Assembly (NCBI GenBank): GCA_031273645.1
Contig: JAISRM010000144.1
Location: forward strand, 1-36,512
DNA from: Endomicrobium sp.
Lineage (GTDB): Bacteria; Elusimicrobiota; Endomicrobiia; Endomicrobiales; Endomicrobiaceae
Reading direction: 5' to 3'
Length of the DNA: 36,512 nucleotides
The notes beneath the pieces are model-generated. The model was given only the letters and a program-made list of their open reading frames with translations. It made no database searches and had not been told where the DNA came from. Of the stretch, positions 1-9,575 are shown one piece after another (position 1 is the first letter of the stretch; the number at the start of each line of letters is the position of its first letter). A program made the position numbers and the translations under genes.

Positions 1-221
1 TTTTAACTTCCAAAAGAAAACCCCTTGCAAAAATGCCTACCTTTTTGCAAGCCTATCCTTTCGTTTTAAAAGTATCATTTTATTTTTGAAAACAGTATCA
101 TTTTATTTTTGTCCTAACACACAAGCTTTGCGACCGCGACTGTAACAGCTAAAATGCTTAAAAAAAAGTTTTTGTCTCAAAGGCTGTTATTTAAACTCTT
201 GCAATAACCGTCGTCTTGTAC

Positions 222-1025
222 AACCGTCCTTCCCGTGAAAGCGGGACAGACTTCGTCTGTGTTTTGTCATTGCCGCGAAAGCGGGACAGACTTCGTCTGG
301 TTTGTCATTCCCGCGAAAGCGGGACAGACTTCGCGTCTGTGGTTTGTCATTCCCGTGAAAACGGGAATCCATGTTTACTAAAAAATTCTTTTTACATCTC
401 GTCTTTAAAAGAAATAATGTTAGAAGCTATATTAATATTAAAAATGGATTCCCGTTTTCACGGGAATGACAGACTTTGAAAAACAATTAACAAAACAGCC
501 TTTGTCTGTGTTCATAAAACAGGCGAAGCCTGTCCCGTGAAAACGGGAATCCATGTTTACTAAAAAATTCTTTTTACACCTCGTTTTCAAAAAAAATAAT
601 GTTAGAGGCTATATTAATATTAAACATGGATTCCCACCCGATAAAAACACTCGGGTGCAGGCTGCTTAGGAAGAACAAATATTAAAAACATGGGAATGAC
701 GGACTTTGAAAAACAATTAACACAACAGCCTTTGTCTGTGTTCATAAAACAGGCGAAGCCTGTCCCGTGAAAACGGGAATCCATGTTTACTAAAAAATTC
801 TTTTTACACCTCGTCTTTAAAAGAAATAATGTTAGAAGCTATATTAATATTAAAAATGGATTCCCATTTTCATGGGAATGACAGACACAAACAAAACAGG
901 CGAAGCCTGCAGCCTTTGGTTGTTTTATAAAAACAGACGAAGTCTGACTAATATTAAAAGCGGATTTCAGTTTTCACGGGACAAAACAGAGGCAGACTTG
1001 TCTTCTATAAAACAGACGAAATCTG
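222..1025. repeat. Intergenic mosaic repeat cluster R1 (hairpin modules, MITE-like units, ~230-bp tandem duplication)
   Basis: Read directly. Three tandem GTCATT(G/C)CCGCGAAAGCGGGACAGACTTCG(C)GTCTG units lie at about 265-342, followed by a 127-bp inverted-repeat element (345-471). Two near-identical ~230-bp units follow (461-690 and 691-883), then CAGRCGAAGYCTG mini-palindromes up to 1025. The same modules recur in nine other intergenic gaps. Confidence 0.9.
345..471 (+). mobile_element. 127-bp MITE-like non-autonomous element with perfect 28-bp terminal inverted repeats
   Basis: TGTCATTCCCGTGAAAACGGGAATCCAT (345-372) is the exact reverse complement of 444-471, around an AT-rich 71-bp core. 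Near-identical copies occur at 761-883 and, inverted, at 9872-9998. No transposase is in the window, so mobility is inferred only from copy number and the TIRs. Confidence 0.5.
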
Positions 1026-1075
1026 AAAATTGACTTTCAACTGAAAAAATATTAGAATTAACAATCGTTTTTTAC

Positions 1076-1147
1076 GGCGGCGTAGCTCAGGGGTAGAGCA
1101 GAGGACTCATAAGCCTTTGGCCGTAGGTTCAATTCCTACCGCCGCCA
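1076..1147 (+). tRNA. tRNA with CAU anticodon (elongator tRNA-Met, or tRNA-Ile2 if C34 is lysidinylated)
   Basis: 72-nt cloverleaf: acceptor GGCGGCG/CGCCGCC, D-arm GCTC-AGGGGTA-GAGC, anticodon loop CT-CAT-AA, 5-nt variable loop, T-arm GTAGG-TTCAATT-CCTAC, discriminator A. No CCA is encoded and a T-run follows. G1-C72 is paired and the anticodon stem lacks three G:C pairs, so it is not an initiator. Confidence 0.9.
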
Positions 1148-1278
1148 TTTTTTCGCAGCTGCCGAAATGCCGAAATCTTGCAATTCCCTGAAAATATATT
1201 TTGCCGCTTGTCTTTGTTTAGCTGTCCTCATTTTATAAAATCATTTAACATTTCAATATAAAGAGCTACACTTTTCTT

Positions 1279-3435
1279 ATGCTTTTTACTCTTTTATTTA
1301 TCTCCGGTTTTTGCGCGGCTTTAATTCATTTATTATTTTTTAGAGAACTGCTTACGGCGTTTCAGTCTTTAGACATTATCGCCGGTTTTTTTGCGTTCCA
1401 CGTAATTTTATCTTTTGCCGCCGGCGCGCGCGCTGGAGTTGCTTTTATACGGTCAAAAAAAGACGAAAACGTTTTGTTTTTTTCAATTTGTTCTCTTATA
1501 ATTCTTTTTGTGGCTTCGCTTATTTTTATTTATGAAATAAGAAATATTTTAAACGCCGCTTTAGGCGGCGCGGTTTCTTTAAAACTTTCGTTTTCTTTTA
1601 TATTTGCCGCCGTGTTTCCGGTTTCTTTTGCCTACGGGTTTATTTTTCCCATGCTTGCGCAGTTTTGGCAGCGGGTAAAAAAATCTTCCGGTTTGAAATT
1701 CGTTTTTCTCTTCAGCGCCGCCGGTTTTGTCGTCGGCGGACTGGCATATTCTTTATTTTTATACGAGGCTCTTTCTTTAAGAATAGCCGCGCTTATAATA
1801 ATTTTGACCGTTGTTTCTTTGGGATCCCTTTTAAAAAGCGAAAAGAAAAAAGTTTTTCTTGCAGCAATTGTCTTATCGCTGCTGTTTTTGTCCGACACCG
1901 ATTTTATAGTCAGGGCGGACAAAAAACTTCTTGAAGAAAGTTTTAAGCCGGCTGTAGTAAAAGATTATTCAAATTCGGCTTACGGCCGGACGGCGCTGGC
2001 GGCTCAAAACAACGAATATTTTCTTTTGTCCGACAACGCGCTTTTATTGTCTTATCCCGACAACGACGTTTTAAATTCCGAAGATTTCGGGCATATTCCG
2101 ATTTTGCACGTTAAGAATCCTAAAAACATTTTAGTGATAGGTTTGGGCGCAAAATATCTGCCGATGCTTCTTTCATATAATGTCGCAAAAATAGATTATG
2201 TCGAGCCTGACGCCGCGCTAATGGCAGTGATGAAAAATAATATAAAACGTTTCGGCTACGTTTTTAACGATAAAAGGCTGCGCATACATAATCTTGACGC
2301 GCGCGCTTTTTTAAAAAAATCAACAGAGCGCTACGATCTTATTTTGTCGGGAATGCCGTCTCCGCTGAATTTGCGTTTAAATTCGTTTTATACAAAAGAA
2401 TTTTTTGCCGAAGTAAAAAAACGTCTTGCTGAAAACGGATTTTTTGCTTTGAAACTTCCGGGAAGAATGGCTTTTTCAAGCTTCATAATGGCCGAAATTA
2501 ATTTGTCCGTTTCGGAAGCTTTGCAAAGCGTTTTTAACAATGTGAAAATAATTCCCGGAACGCAAAATATTCTGATAGCTTCAGACGGCGCTATGCCTTA
2601 CCGCATGCACATAAAAAAGCGCCTTGCCGACGTTCAGGAAACGACTCTTGTTATGTCGAGATATTATCTTGACGACAAAATGGATACGGAAAAAACAAGA
2701 TGGCTTGTTAAAGAGCTCAAAAAAGTTAAAAACGACGATTTGTTAAACGCAGACTTAAACGGCCGCGCGATGATGCGCTCTTTTTTACATTGGCAGTCCG
2801 GGTTTTCGCCCTATCTCAGCCTTTTTATAGATAAAACTATACGATATTCTTATCTTTTGATAATTGCCGCCGCCGGATTTTTTTTCTTTTCAAAATCTCT
2901 TTACAAAACGACGTCTTTTACGGCAAGTTTAAGCGCTTTTTGGCTTTTATTTGCCGCATTGTTTGGCGCGCGCGCTTCAAATATAGGAATCTTCAAATGG
3001 GCGGCCGTATTTGCCGCTCTGTTTGTTTTTGGAATTATTTCGGCTTATCTTTGCCGCAAAATCGTCAACGCAAATTTATCTTTAAATAAAAGAATGTTTA
3101 ATTGCGAACTGTTTTCAATTTTGCTTATTGCGTTTTGCTGCGCTTTTTTTAAAGTTTTCTCTATTTCTCCGACCGTTCTTTCTTTTCTTGTTTTCGGAGC
3201 CGGTTTTGCGGCGGCAATGGAATTTCTCTGTCTTTACGAAATCGCGGTTTTTTTCGGACGCGCCAAATCGGCTGCAATATCGTTATACGCTTTTGCCGGC
3301 GCGCAAACCGCATGTCTGCTTGGGGGAAGTTTTCTTATATTGGCATGGGGAATAGAATATTCCCTGTTTTTCATATTTTTCATGAAATTTCTGATATTTT
3401 GCCGCTGGACCGACATAGGCAGAAGCGGCCTTTAA
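1279..3435 (+). CDS. Polytopic membrane protein with central spermidine-synthase-like (SAM-MTase fold) domain
   Basis: 718-aa ATG ORF. About 7 N-terminal and about 6 C-terminal hydrophobic helices flank a soluble core with the motifs ILVIGLGAKYL, VEPD, LDARAFL, YDLILSGMPSP and FYTKEFFAEVKKRLAENGFF, which line up with SpeE-type motifs. Confidence 0.6.
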   Translation: MLFTLLFISGFCAALIHLLFFRELLTAFQSLDIIAGFFAFHVILSFAAGARAGVAFIRSKKDENVLFFSICSLIILFVASLIFIYEIRNILNAALGGAVSLKLSFSFIFAAVFPVSFAYGFIFPMLAQFWQRVKKSSGLKFVFLFSAAGFVVGGLAYSLFLYEALSLRIAALIIILTVVSLGSLLKSEKKKVFLAAIVLSLLFLSDTDFIVRADKKLLEESFKPAVVKDYSNSAYGRTALAAQNNEYFLLSDNALLLSYPDNDVLNSEDFGHIPILHVKNPKNILVIGLGAKYLPMLLSYNVAKIDYVEPDAALMAVMKNNIKRFGYVFNDKRLRIHNLDARAFLKKSTERYDLILSGMPSPLNLRLNSFYTKEFFAEVKKRLAENGFFALKLPGRMAFSSFIMAEINLSVSEALQSVFNNVKIIPGTQNILIASDGAMPYRMHIKKRLADVQETTLVMSRYYLDDKMDTEKTRWLVKELKKVKNDDLLNADLNGRAMMRSFLHWQSGFSPYLSLFIDKTIRYSYLLIIAAAGFFFFSKSLYKTTSFTASLSAFWLLFAALFGARASNIGIFKWAAVFAALFVFGIISAYLCRKIVNANLSLNKRMFNCELFSILLIAFCCAFFKVFSISPTVLSFLVFGAGFAAAMEFLCLYEIAVFFGRAKSAAISLYAFAGAQTACLLGGSFLILAWGIEYSLFFIFFMKFLIFCRWTDIGRSGL

Positions 3436-3612
3436 TTGCGCGCAATGCTTTAGAAAAACTATAATAAAATAATAACGCTGAACAATTGCATAAAGCGCGT
3501 TAAAATTGTAAAATAAATGTAAAATTTTTAAAAGTTATTGATTTTTGCGGCTTTTACCGCAGCTAATTTTACCCTGCAGCAAGGGTTATATGTCAACAAT
3601 TAAGAGGTGTCA

Positions 3613-6600
3613 GTGAAGAAACTAATATGCGCGTTTTGTTTTTTTACTTTTTCGTTTGCTTTATTTTCAGATTTGCAGGCTTATGCCGCAGAGCAGGCCG
3701 GCAAATATACTATATCGGGATTTGTTACAGACAAAGAGGGAGTCGGGATTTACGATATTGAAATTAAGCTTACCGGAGATTCTACAGACATTAAACGCAC
3801 CGATACGACCGGATATTACCGTTTTGACGATATAGACGATGGTTCAAAAGTCGAGCTTGCGGCAAAAAAAGAAGGTCATTCGATAGCTCCTTCCGTATTT
3901 AGAATAAGCAGTTTAAATTCAAACAGAACGATAAATTTTAAAGCCGTTAAAATTGCGGACATTGCATCTAAAAAAGAAGAATCGTCCGCTTCTTTATCTT
4001 CCGCTGCAAAAGCCGGCGAAACAAAATCTGATGCAAAAGCCGTCCAGAACCCTGCCTATGAAATAAGCGGTAAAGTAAGTTATTACGCTTCAGGGATTAT
4101 CGGAGTAAAAGTTTCGGTAAATAACGACAAAAAGCTTACCGCTGTTACCGATTCTAACGGAAATTATTCAATAAAAGGCGTTAGAGCCCAAGAAGGCGCG
4201 GTTGTGTCTTTTTCTAAAGAAGGTTTTGTTTTTAATCCTTCCGAAAGCGACGTGTCCTCTATAAATTCCGACATTGTAATAAACTCCGAAGCCGCGCAGA
4301 CAACGTTTAAAATTTCCGGCGTAATAAGCGAGGGAAAAAATCTTATAAAAGACGTTTCGGTAAGAATTACAAACGGCGTGGATAATTTTTCCGCTCTTAC
4401 CGATTCAAAAGGCTATTACGAAATTATAGGTCTTCCCCACGGCAGCAATCTTTTTATAGCGGCGTTTAAAGACGAAGTCGTAATCACTCCGCTTAAGCTT
4501 GTTATAAATAAACTCGACGGCAATAAGACGGTAAATTTTAGCGCCAATGTGCGCAAACTAAAAATTTCCGGAACCGTTTTTGATGAAAACGGCGATCCGG
4601 TAAAAAACTCAAAAGTGGTTTTGAATACTCCTTTTGATTCTTTTGAAGCCGAGACAAATGCAAAAGGCGCTTATTTATTTAATCGCGTTCCGTCGGTGTT
4701 TTCTTTCAGCATAAAGGCGTCTAAAGAAGGCTATGAAGACAGCCAAGAAATAAATTCAGAGCCTCTTGATTCCGATAAAATCATAAATTTAACTATGATT
4801 GAAAGCGACGACGCAATTGAAACTAAAGCGGCTAAGAAGAAAAAAGAAAGGCGCGTAAAGAAAGACGCAGAGCCGCAGCCGCCAGAAAGCGACGAACCCA
4901 AAACGCCCTTAAAAAAAGTAAGCGTCAGAAAAATCGCGCGTCCTGCGCAAGACGAGCCGGTTAAAACCGAGAAAGCAAAACTTTCCAAAGAAAAGATCGC
5001 AAAAGAAAAATCCGAAGAAAAAACTGTCCGTAAAGAAAAAAATGCCGAAGCTTTAAAACAAAAAAATAAAAAAATGAAAACCGTGCGCATAAGAGGAACC
5101 GTTTCGGGCAAATTGGCGGCTCTTTCCGGCGTGGAGCTTACTTTAGAACCCGGCGGATATTCGGTAAAAACCGACGACAAAGGAAAATACGTTTTTGAAG
5201 CGATACCCGAAAATTCAAGATATGTTTTAAAACCTTATCTGCAAGACGTTAATTTTGAGCCGGAAAACGCAGTTTTTGAAGACGTATCTTCAAATATAAT
5301 TCAGGATTTTACTCCCTATGTAACGATTGAAGGAGAAACGTTTTTTGAGGGGAAATATATTGACGAAGTCTCTATAAATCTTAACGCAGCGCCTGCGGCG
5401 CTCAGCAATAAATTTGGGAAATTTAAAATTTCTCCGGTGGAGTACGGTTCTTCAGTAAGTTTGGGCGCTGAAAAATCCGGATACGCTTTCTATCCTCCCG
5501 TTATAAGAATACCGTCTATAACTAAAAATTACGACAAACAAAACTTTATGGCGGCCTTTTCCGTCTCCGGAAAAATTTCTCTTTACGGCGGCAACAACGG
5601 TTTAAGCAACATAGAACTTGAAGTTACGGGAAACACACAAACTTCCGTCTTTACGGATTACGGAGGAAATTATTATATTCAAGGGCTTGAAGCCGGAGGA
5701 ACTTTTACCGTAACTCCTAAAGCCGGAGGTTATAAATTTACGCCGGCAAGCAAAGACTACGCTGCGCTTAAGGGAAATTTTGTCAATCAGGATTTTACGG
5801 CCGTTAAAGAAACTTATACGATAACCGGCAACGTAAATATAGGCGGCAAGCCCGTAAGAAACGCCGTGGTAAACATTACTAAAAGAACTTTAAAATATTT
5901 TACCGACGACGAAGGCAAATTTGAAATAAGAAACCTCGATTACGGCGGACCTTATACATTAAGCGTGCAAAGCCCGGGATATTCTTTTAAGCCGATTGTA
6001 ATTGAAATTTTAAAAGAAAATACGGCCGTCGAATTTTCAACGGATTTGTCGCTTTCGGGAATCGTAACTTCAGGCGGCAAACCCGTAAAAGACGTTATTG
6101 TTGACGTAAACGGCAGCAAATACAAAACGGATGAAAACGGAAAATATACGATAAAAGGTCTTAAATACGGCGGCAGCTACTTAGTGAGTCTGCTTTCAAA
6201 AGGCATGATGTTTGAACCTTTCCACAAAGAATACAATAATCTCAGACAAAGCGTTCTCGACGAATCTTTTGAAGCTTCTTTGATAATAAGCGGCCGCATA
6301 ACTTACGCAGACTCGGCTTTTGAAGGCGCCGCAGTGGCTGTAAGAGGAATCTCTGAAGTTTATAAAACCGACGCAAACGGATATTATACGATAAGCGCAG
6401 CCAAAGTCGGCAGGGATTACACCGTTGAAGTTTCAAGTCCGGGATATAAATTTTTGCCGGCAAAAAGAGAATATAAAGATTTAAGCGAAAGCAAAATGTC
6501 TGAAAATTTTCAAGCCGTTTCTTTAGGCTATCGCGTCAAAGGCAAAGTTACCGCCGAAGGCCGCGCGCTAAAGCGCGTTCAGGTGATTATAGAAGGCTCT

Positions 6601-7653
6601 TCAAAAGCGCAAACTTATACCGACGACGAAGGATATTATATTTTCAAAGGGCTTGCTTCCGACAAAAAATATATGCTCACCGTGGTCAGCAAAAATTATC
6701 AATTTGAAAATCCCAGCGGAATAATAATGAATCTTACCGGAGATACGGTAATAAATCTTGAATTTGGGAAAGTAACTTCTCCGGAGCCCGTTGCGCAAAA
6801 TTTAAACGAATCTCTTAAACATGAAAATGAGCAAACAGAGGCAAAAGAAAAATTTTTCACCGTCGAAGGCATCGTAACTGTTAACGATATGCCCGCCAAA
6901 GACGTCGCCGTAAAAAGCGGATCTTTAGAGACTTTTACAGACGAAGACGGCAAATACAGCTTGTCTGTTTCCGCCGGAGACAATATAACGGCGGAGCCTT
7001 ATCTTGACGGATATTCTTTTACTCCCGAAAAAATTTCTTTCAGCGGCGTAAGCTCAAACAAAACGGGTATAAATTTTTCGGGCGCGCAAACTAAGTTTTA
7101 TAGCGTTGAAGGGTCAATCGTAAACGATGAACTGCGCGGAGTAAAAGGCGTTTTGGTAAAAATTCTTAACGATTCGTCGACAGTCGCAACCGATTCGTCG
7201 GGATTTTATAAAATAGCCGGATTAAAGCATAATGAAAAAAACATTATCGCGTTTGAATCAGACAGGTATGATTTTTATCCCCAATCTTTAGAAATTACGC
7301 CTTTAGACGACGTAAAAGCCGGAGATATTTTTGCTTATCCCAAAAAGCTAAAAAGGCCGCAGCTTTTTATATACGGAGCTTCAAATTCGCAAGTTAACGC
7401 TTCTTTGGCAAAAGAAATTGCAGTAGTTATGGTTGCCGACGAAGACGGAAAAGTTTCCGGACAAATAATCGACGAAAACGACAATTCCGTTTTTGAATTT
7501 AACGACGATCTTTTGGCAAATGCGCCCTCAGCTGCAAAATGGAATATGGTTTCCTCTTCTTCAAGAAAAAAAGTTCCTTCCGGAGAATATTCGGTAATTT
7601 TAAACGGAGCCGGATTTAAAGACGAAACCGTAAGTTTTAAAATAATAAGATGA
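3613..7653 (+). CDS. Secreted 1346-aa surface protein: 13 tandem carboxypeptidase-regulatory-like (CarboxypepD_reg-type) beta-sandwich repeats, a Lys/Glu-rich linker and a FlgD-Ig/T9SS-CTD-like C-terminal domain
   Basis: The ORF is open from GTG 3607, but AAGAGG (3602-3607) sits 5 nt before GTG 3613, so 3613 is preferred. The signal peptide is KKLICAFCFFTFSFALFSDLQAYA. An ~80-aa unit with the pattern (Y/F)x(I/V)SGxV...V.V......TDxxGxYxI.GL..G..Y.V....GY.F.P repeats 13 times. The charged linker is aa 400-492 (4804-5082). The C-terminus reads WNMVSSSSRKKVPSGEYSVILNGAGFKDETVSFKIIR. Confidence 0.8.
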   Translation: MKKLICAFCFFTFSFALFSDLQAYAAEQAGKYTISGFVTDKEGVGIYDIEIKLTGDSTDIKRTDTTGYYRFDDIDDGSKVELAAKKEGHSIAPSVFRISSLNSNRTINFKAVKIADIASKKEESSASLSSAAKAGETKSDAKAVQNPAYEISGKVSYYASGIIGVKVSVNNDKKLTAVTDSNGNYSIKGVRAQEGAVVSFSKEGFVFNPSESDVSSINSDIVINSEAAQTTFKISGVISEGKNLIKDVSVRITNGVDNFSALTDSKGYYEIIGLPHGSNLFIAAFKDEVVITPLKLVINKLDGNKTVNFSANVRKLKISGTVFDENGDPVKNSKVVLNTPFDSFEAETNAKGAYLFNRVPSVFSFSIKASKEGYEDSQEINSEPLDSDKIINLTMIESDDAIETKAAKKKKERRVKKDAEPQPPESDEPKTPLKKVSVRKIARPAQDEPVKTEKAKLSKEKIAKEKSEEKTVRKEKNAEALKQKNKKMKTVRIRGTVSGKLAALSGVELTLEPGGYSVKTDDKGKYVFEAIPENSRYVLKPYLQDVNFEPENAVFEDVSSNIIQDFTPYVTIEGETFFEGKYIDEVSINLNAAPAALSNKFGKFKISPVEYGSSVSLGAEKSGYAFYPPVIRIPSITKNYDKQNFMAAFSVSGKISLYGGNNGLSNIELEVTGNTQTSVFTDYGGNYYIQGLEAGGTFTVTPKAGGYKFTPASKDYAALKGNFVNQDFTAVKETYTITGNVNIGGKPVRNAVVNITKRTLKYFTDDEGKFEIRNLDYGGPYTLSVQSPGYSFKPIVIEILKENTAVEFSTDLSLSGIVTSGGKPVKDVIVDVNGSKYKTDENGKYTIKGLKYGGSYLVSLLSKGMMFEPFHKEYNNLRQSVLDESFEASLIISGRITYADSAFEGAAVAVRGISEVYKTDANGYYTISAAKVGRDYTVEVSSPGYKFLPAKREYKDLSESKMSENFQAVSLGYRVKGKVTAEGRALKRVQVIIEGSSKAQTYTDDEGYYIFKGLASDKKYMLTVVSKNYQFENPSGIIMNLTGDTVINLEFGKVTSPEPVAQNLNESLKHENEQTEAKEKFFTVEGIVTVNDMPAKDVAVKSGSLETFTDEDGKYSLSVSAGDNITAEPYLDGYSFTPEKISFSGVSSNKTGINFSGAQTKFYSVEGSIVNDELRGVKGVLVKILNDSSTVATDSSGFYKIAGLKHNEKNIIAFESDRYDFYPQSLEITPLDDVKAGDIFAYPKKLKRPQLFIYGASNSQVNASLAKEIAVVMVADEDGKVSGQIIDENDNSVFEFNDDLLANAPSAAKWNMVSSSSRKKVPSGEYSVILNGAGFKDETVSFKIIR

Positions 7654-8747
7654 TGAAAAAAAATCTTAAAATCTCTCTAAAGACCAATCCTTACAATATA
7701 ATTATTTCAAAAAATGCGCAGGATTTTCTCTCAAACATTTCTAAAATAATCAAATCAAAAAACATTTTTGTAGTTTCTGATTCCAATGTCGCAAAATTGT
7801 ATCTTAACGGATTTATCAAGCTTCTTACCAAAACCGGATTTAACTGCAAAAGCGCCGTTATAAAATCGGGAGAAAGCGGAAAAAGCGTTAAAACTTTGGA
7901 ATTTTTATACGATAAAGCCCTTAAAGACGGGCTTGACAGAAAAAGCTGCGCAGTCGCTTTAGGCGGCGGAGTTACCGGCGATATAACGGGGTTTTTTGCC
8001 GCCACTTATATGCGCGGCATTAAGTTTGCGCAGGTTCCGACAACTCTTCTTGCAATGGCGGACTCTTCCGTCGGAGGAAAAACCGCCGTAAATACGCGCG
8101 GCGGAAAAAATATAGCCGGAGCTTTTTACCAGCCGTCTTTTGTCTGGATAAATTCTTCATATCTTGCCACTCTTGACATAAGGCAGATAAAAGCCGGACT
8201 TGCCGAAATAATAAAATACTCGTTTACTTTTGACAAAAAATTTTACGATTATATAAATAAGACGCTGGACAACGGTTTTATTTCCGGAGACGATTTTGAT
8301 TATATGATATACAAAAGCTGCGCCTATAAAGCCGCAGTGGTTGAAAAAGACGAATTTGAAACAAAAGGGTTTAGGGAAATTTTAAATTTCGGACATACTT
8401 TAGCGCATGCGCTTGAAACATATTCGGGATACGGCAAATATCTTCACGGCGAGGCGGTCGCAGTCGGAATGCTTTTTGCCGCGCGTCTTTCGGCCGCTAT
8501 TAAATTGTGTCCCCAAGACGTTTATAAGAGCGTAAATAATTTGCTGTCTTTAGCCGGGCTGAAATTTAATCTCGGGCGCATAAGCGCGGCGGCTCTTTGC
8601 GATCTGATGAAAAAAGATAAAAAATCCGTAAACGGCAAAATACGTTTTGTTCTCTTAAAAAATATAGGGAAAGCCGTCTCGGGCGTTTGCGTGGAAGACG
8701 ATACGGTAAAAAAACAGCTGGATATTTTTCTTAAGGAAAACAAATGA
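7650..8747 (+). CDS. aroB: 3-dehydroquinate synthase
   Basis: 365 aa with GGGVTGDITGFFAATYMRGIKFAQVPTTLLAMADSSVGGKTAVN, NFGHTLAHALE and HGEAVAVGM. The ATG overlaps the upstream stop (ATGA at 7650-7653). Confidence 0.92.
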   Translation: MMKKNLKISLKTNPYNIIISKNAQDFLSNISKIIKSKNIFVVSDSNVAKLYLNGFIKLLTKTGFNCKSAVIKSGESGKSVKTLEFLYDKALKDGLDRKSCAVALGGGVTGDITGFFAATYMRGIKFAQVPTTLLAMADSSVGGKTAVNTRGGKNIAGAFYQPSFVWINSSYLATLDIRQIKAGLAEIIKYSFTFDKKFYDYINKTLDNGFISGDDFDYMIYKSCAYKAAVVEKDEFETKGFREILNFGHTLAHALETYSGYGKYLHGEAVAVGMLFAARLSAAIKLCPQDVYKSVNNLLSLAGLKFNLGRISAAALCDLMKKDKKSVNGKIRFVLLKNIGKAVSGVCVEDDTVKKQLDIFLKENK

Positions 8748-9178
8748 AAAAAATTTTAGTTTTAAACGGTCCAAATATCAATATGTTAGGCCTGAGAGAG
8801 CCGGGCATTTACGGTAATTTTACTTTGTCCGACATAGAAAAAGCGATTTTACATCTTGCCAAAGAGCTTAATGTTGAAGTCGAATTTTTTCAATCTAATC
8901 ACGAGGGCGAAATTGTCGATAAAATACAAAGCGTTAAAGATAAAGTTTCGGCAATTATAATTAATCCCGCTGCTTTTACCCATACTTCCGTCGCCATAAG
9001 GGACGCTTTAGCGGCTATAGCTCCCATGCCTGCAATCGAAGTTCATATATCAAATGTGTATGCCAGAGAAGAGTTCAGACATAAATCTTATACGGCAGGC
9101 GTGTGCATAGGGCAAATAGCGGGTTTTGGTTTAGACGGATATTTGTTTGCGTTAAAAAAATTGAATTCTCTTATATAA
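8744..9178 (+). CDS. aroQ: Type II 3-dehydroquinate dehydratase
   Basis: 144 aa with ILVLNGPNINMLGLREPGIYG, QSNHEGEIVDKIQ, IINPAAFTHTSVAIRDAL and EVHISNVYAREEFRHKS. ATGA overlap with aroB. Confidence 0.93.
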   Translation: MKKILVLNGPNINMLGLREPGIYGNFTLSDIEKAILHLAKELNVEVEFFQSNHEGEIVDKIQSVKDKVSAIIINPAAFTHTSVAIRDALAAIAPMPAIEVHISNVYAREEFRHKSYTAGVCIGQIAGFGLDGYLFALKKLNSLI

Positions 9179-9233
9179 TAAATATCCTGAGGTATTTTTC
9201 AATCTTGATTTAAAAAAATTTATAAAGAAAAAA

Positions 9234-9259
9234 AGCCCCGAAGAAAAATCTTCGGGGCT
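9234..9259. terminator. Bidirectional intrinsic terminator shared by convergent aroQ and cspA
   Basis: A 10-bp perfect stem AGCCCCGAAG / CTTCGGGGCT with a 6-nt loop. It is flanked by an A-run upstream and T-rich sequence downstream, and lies between two convergent stop codons. Confidence 0.8.
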
Positions 9260-9277
9260 TTCATGTTTTTGGTTAGG

Positions 9278-9481
9278 TTAGATCTTTTTTATGTTAGCTG
9301 CTTTAGGACCCTTGTCTGAATTGACAACTTCAAATTCAACACTGTCGCCCTCTGCTAATGATTTGAAACCTTCCGACTGAATAGCCGAATAGTGCGCAAA
9401 AACATCGCCTGAACCGTCATCATTGGAAATAAATCCGTAACCTTTCTGGTCGTTAAACCACTTCACTTTGCCTTGTGCCAT
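9278..9481 (-). CDS. cspA: Cold-shock protein (CspA family, S1-like OB fold)
   Basis: 67 aa, [18 protein letters not shown]...DVFAHYSAI (RNP1/RNP2-type motifs). The RBS AAGGAG lies 9 nt upstream. Confidence 0.95.
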   Translation of the reverse strand: MAQGKVKWFNDQKGYGFISNDDGSGDVFAHYSAIQSEGFKSLAEGDSVEFEVVNSDKGPKAANIKKI

Positions 9482-9575
9482 TTGTTACAACTCCTTGTTT
9501 TCTTATCCGCTTAATGCAGATAACTAAATCGCTTTAAGCTTAAGCTTAAGCTGAACTTTTGAAGTTCGTGAAATT

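Noticed and set aside
24-111. A 10-bp inverted repeat CTTGCAAAAA/TTTTTGCAAG (24-51) and the direct repeat AGTATCATTTTATTTTTG x2 (71-88 and 94-111) at the left edge
   Set aside because: They are real in the sequence, but they lie at the window edge with no upstream context. They could be a terminator or operator of an unseen gene, and there is too little evidence for a call.
187-479. ORF-track entries 187..372 (-, 61 aa) and 216..479 (+, 87 aa)
   Set aside because: Both lie entirely within tandem hairpin repeats. Their peptides (SRESGTDF..., HGNDK...) are simply repeat translations that recur in other clusters. Neither has an RBS.
222-1025. Possibility that the repeat clusters are CRISPR arrays
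   Set aside because: There is no constant repeat length and no regular repeat-spacer period. The units are palindromic mosaics in both orientations, scattered over ten loci, and no cas genes are present.
1076-1147. tRNA(CAU) as initiator tRNA-fMet, or as an integration site of a mobile island
   Set aside because: G1-C72 is base-paired and the anticodon stem lacks the three consecutive G:C pairs of initiators. No integrase or direct repeat of the tRNA 3' end was seen nearby.
4731-5180. Antisense ORF 4731..5180 (149 aa), and the other antisense or off-frame ORFs inside accC, gmhA, the FMN protein gene, clpA and the giant gene
   Set aside because: These are mirror images of long genuine CDSs or of low-complexity Lys/Glu coding sequence. 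They have no independent signals and their composition is typical of shadow ORFs.
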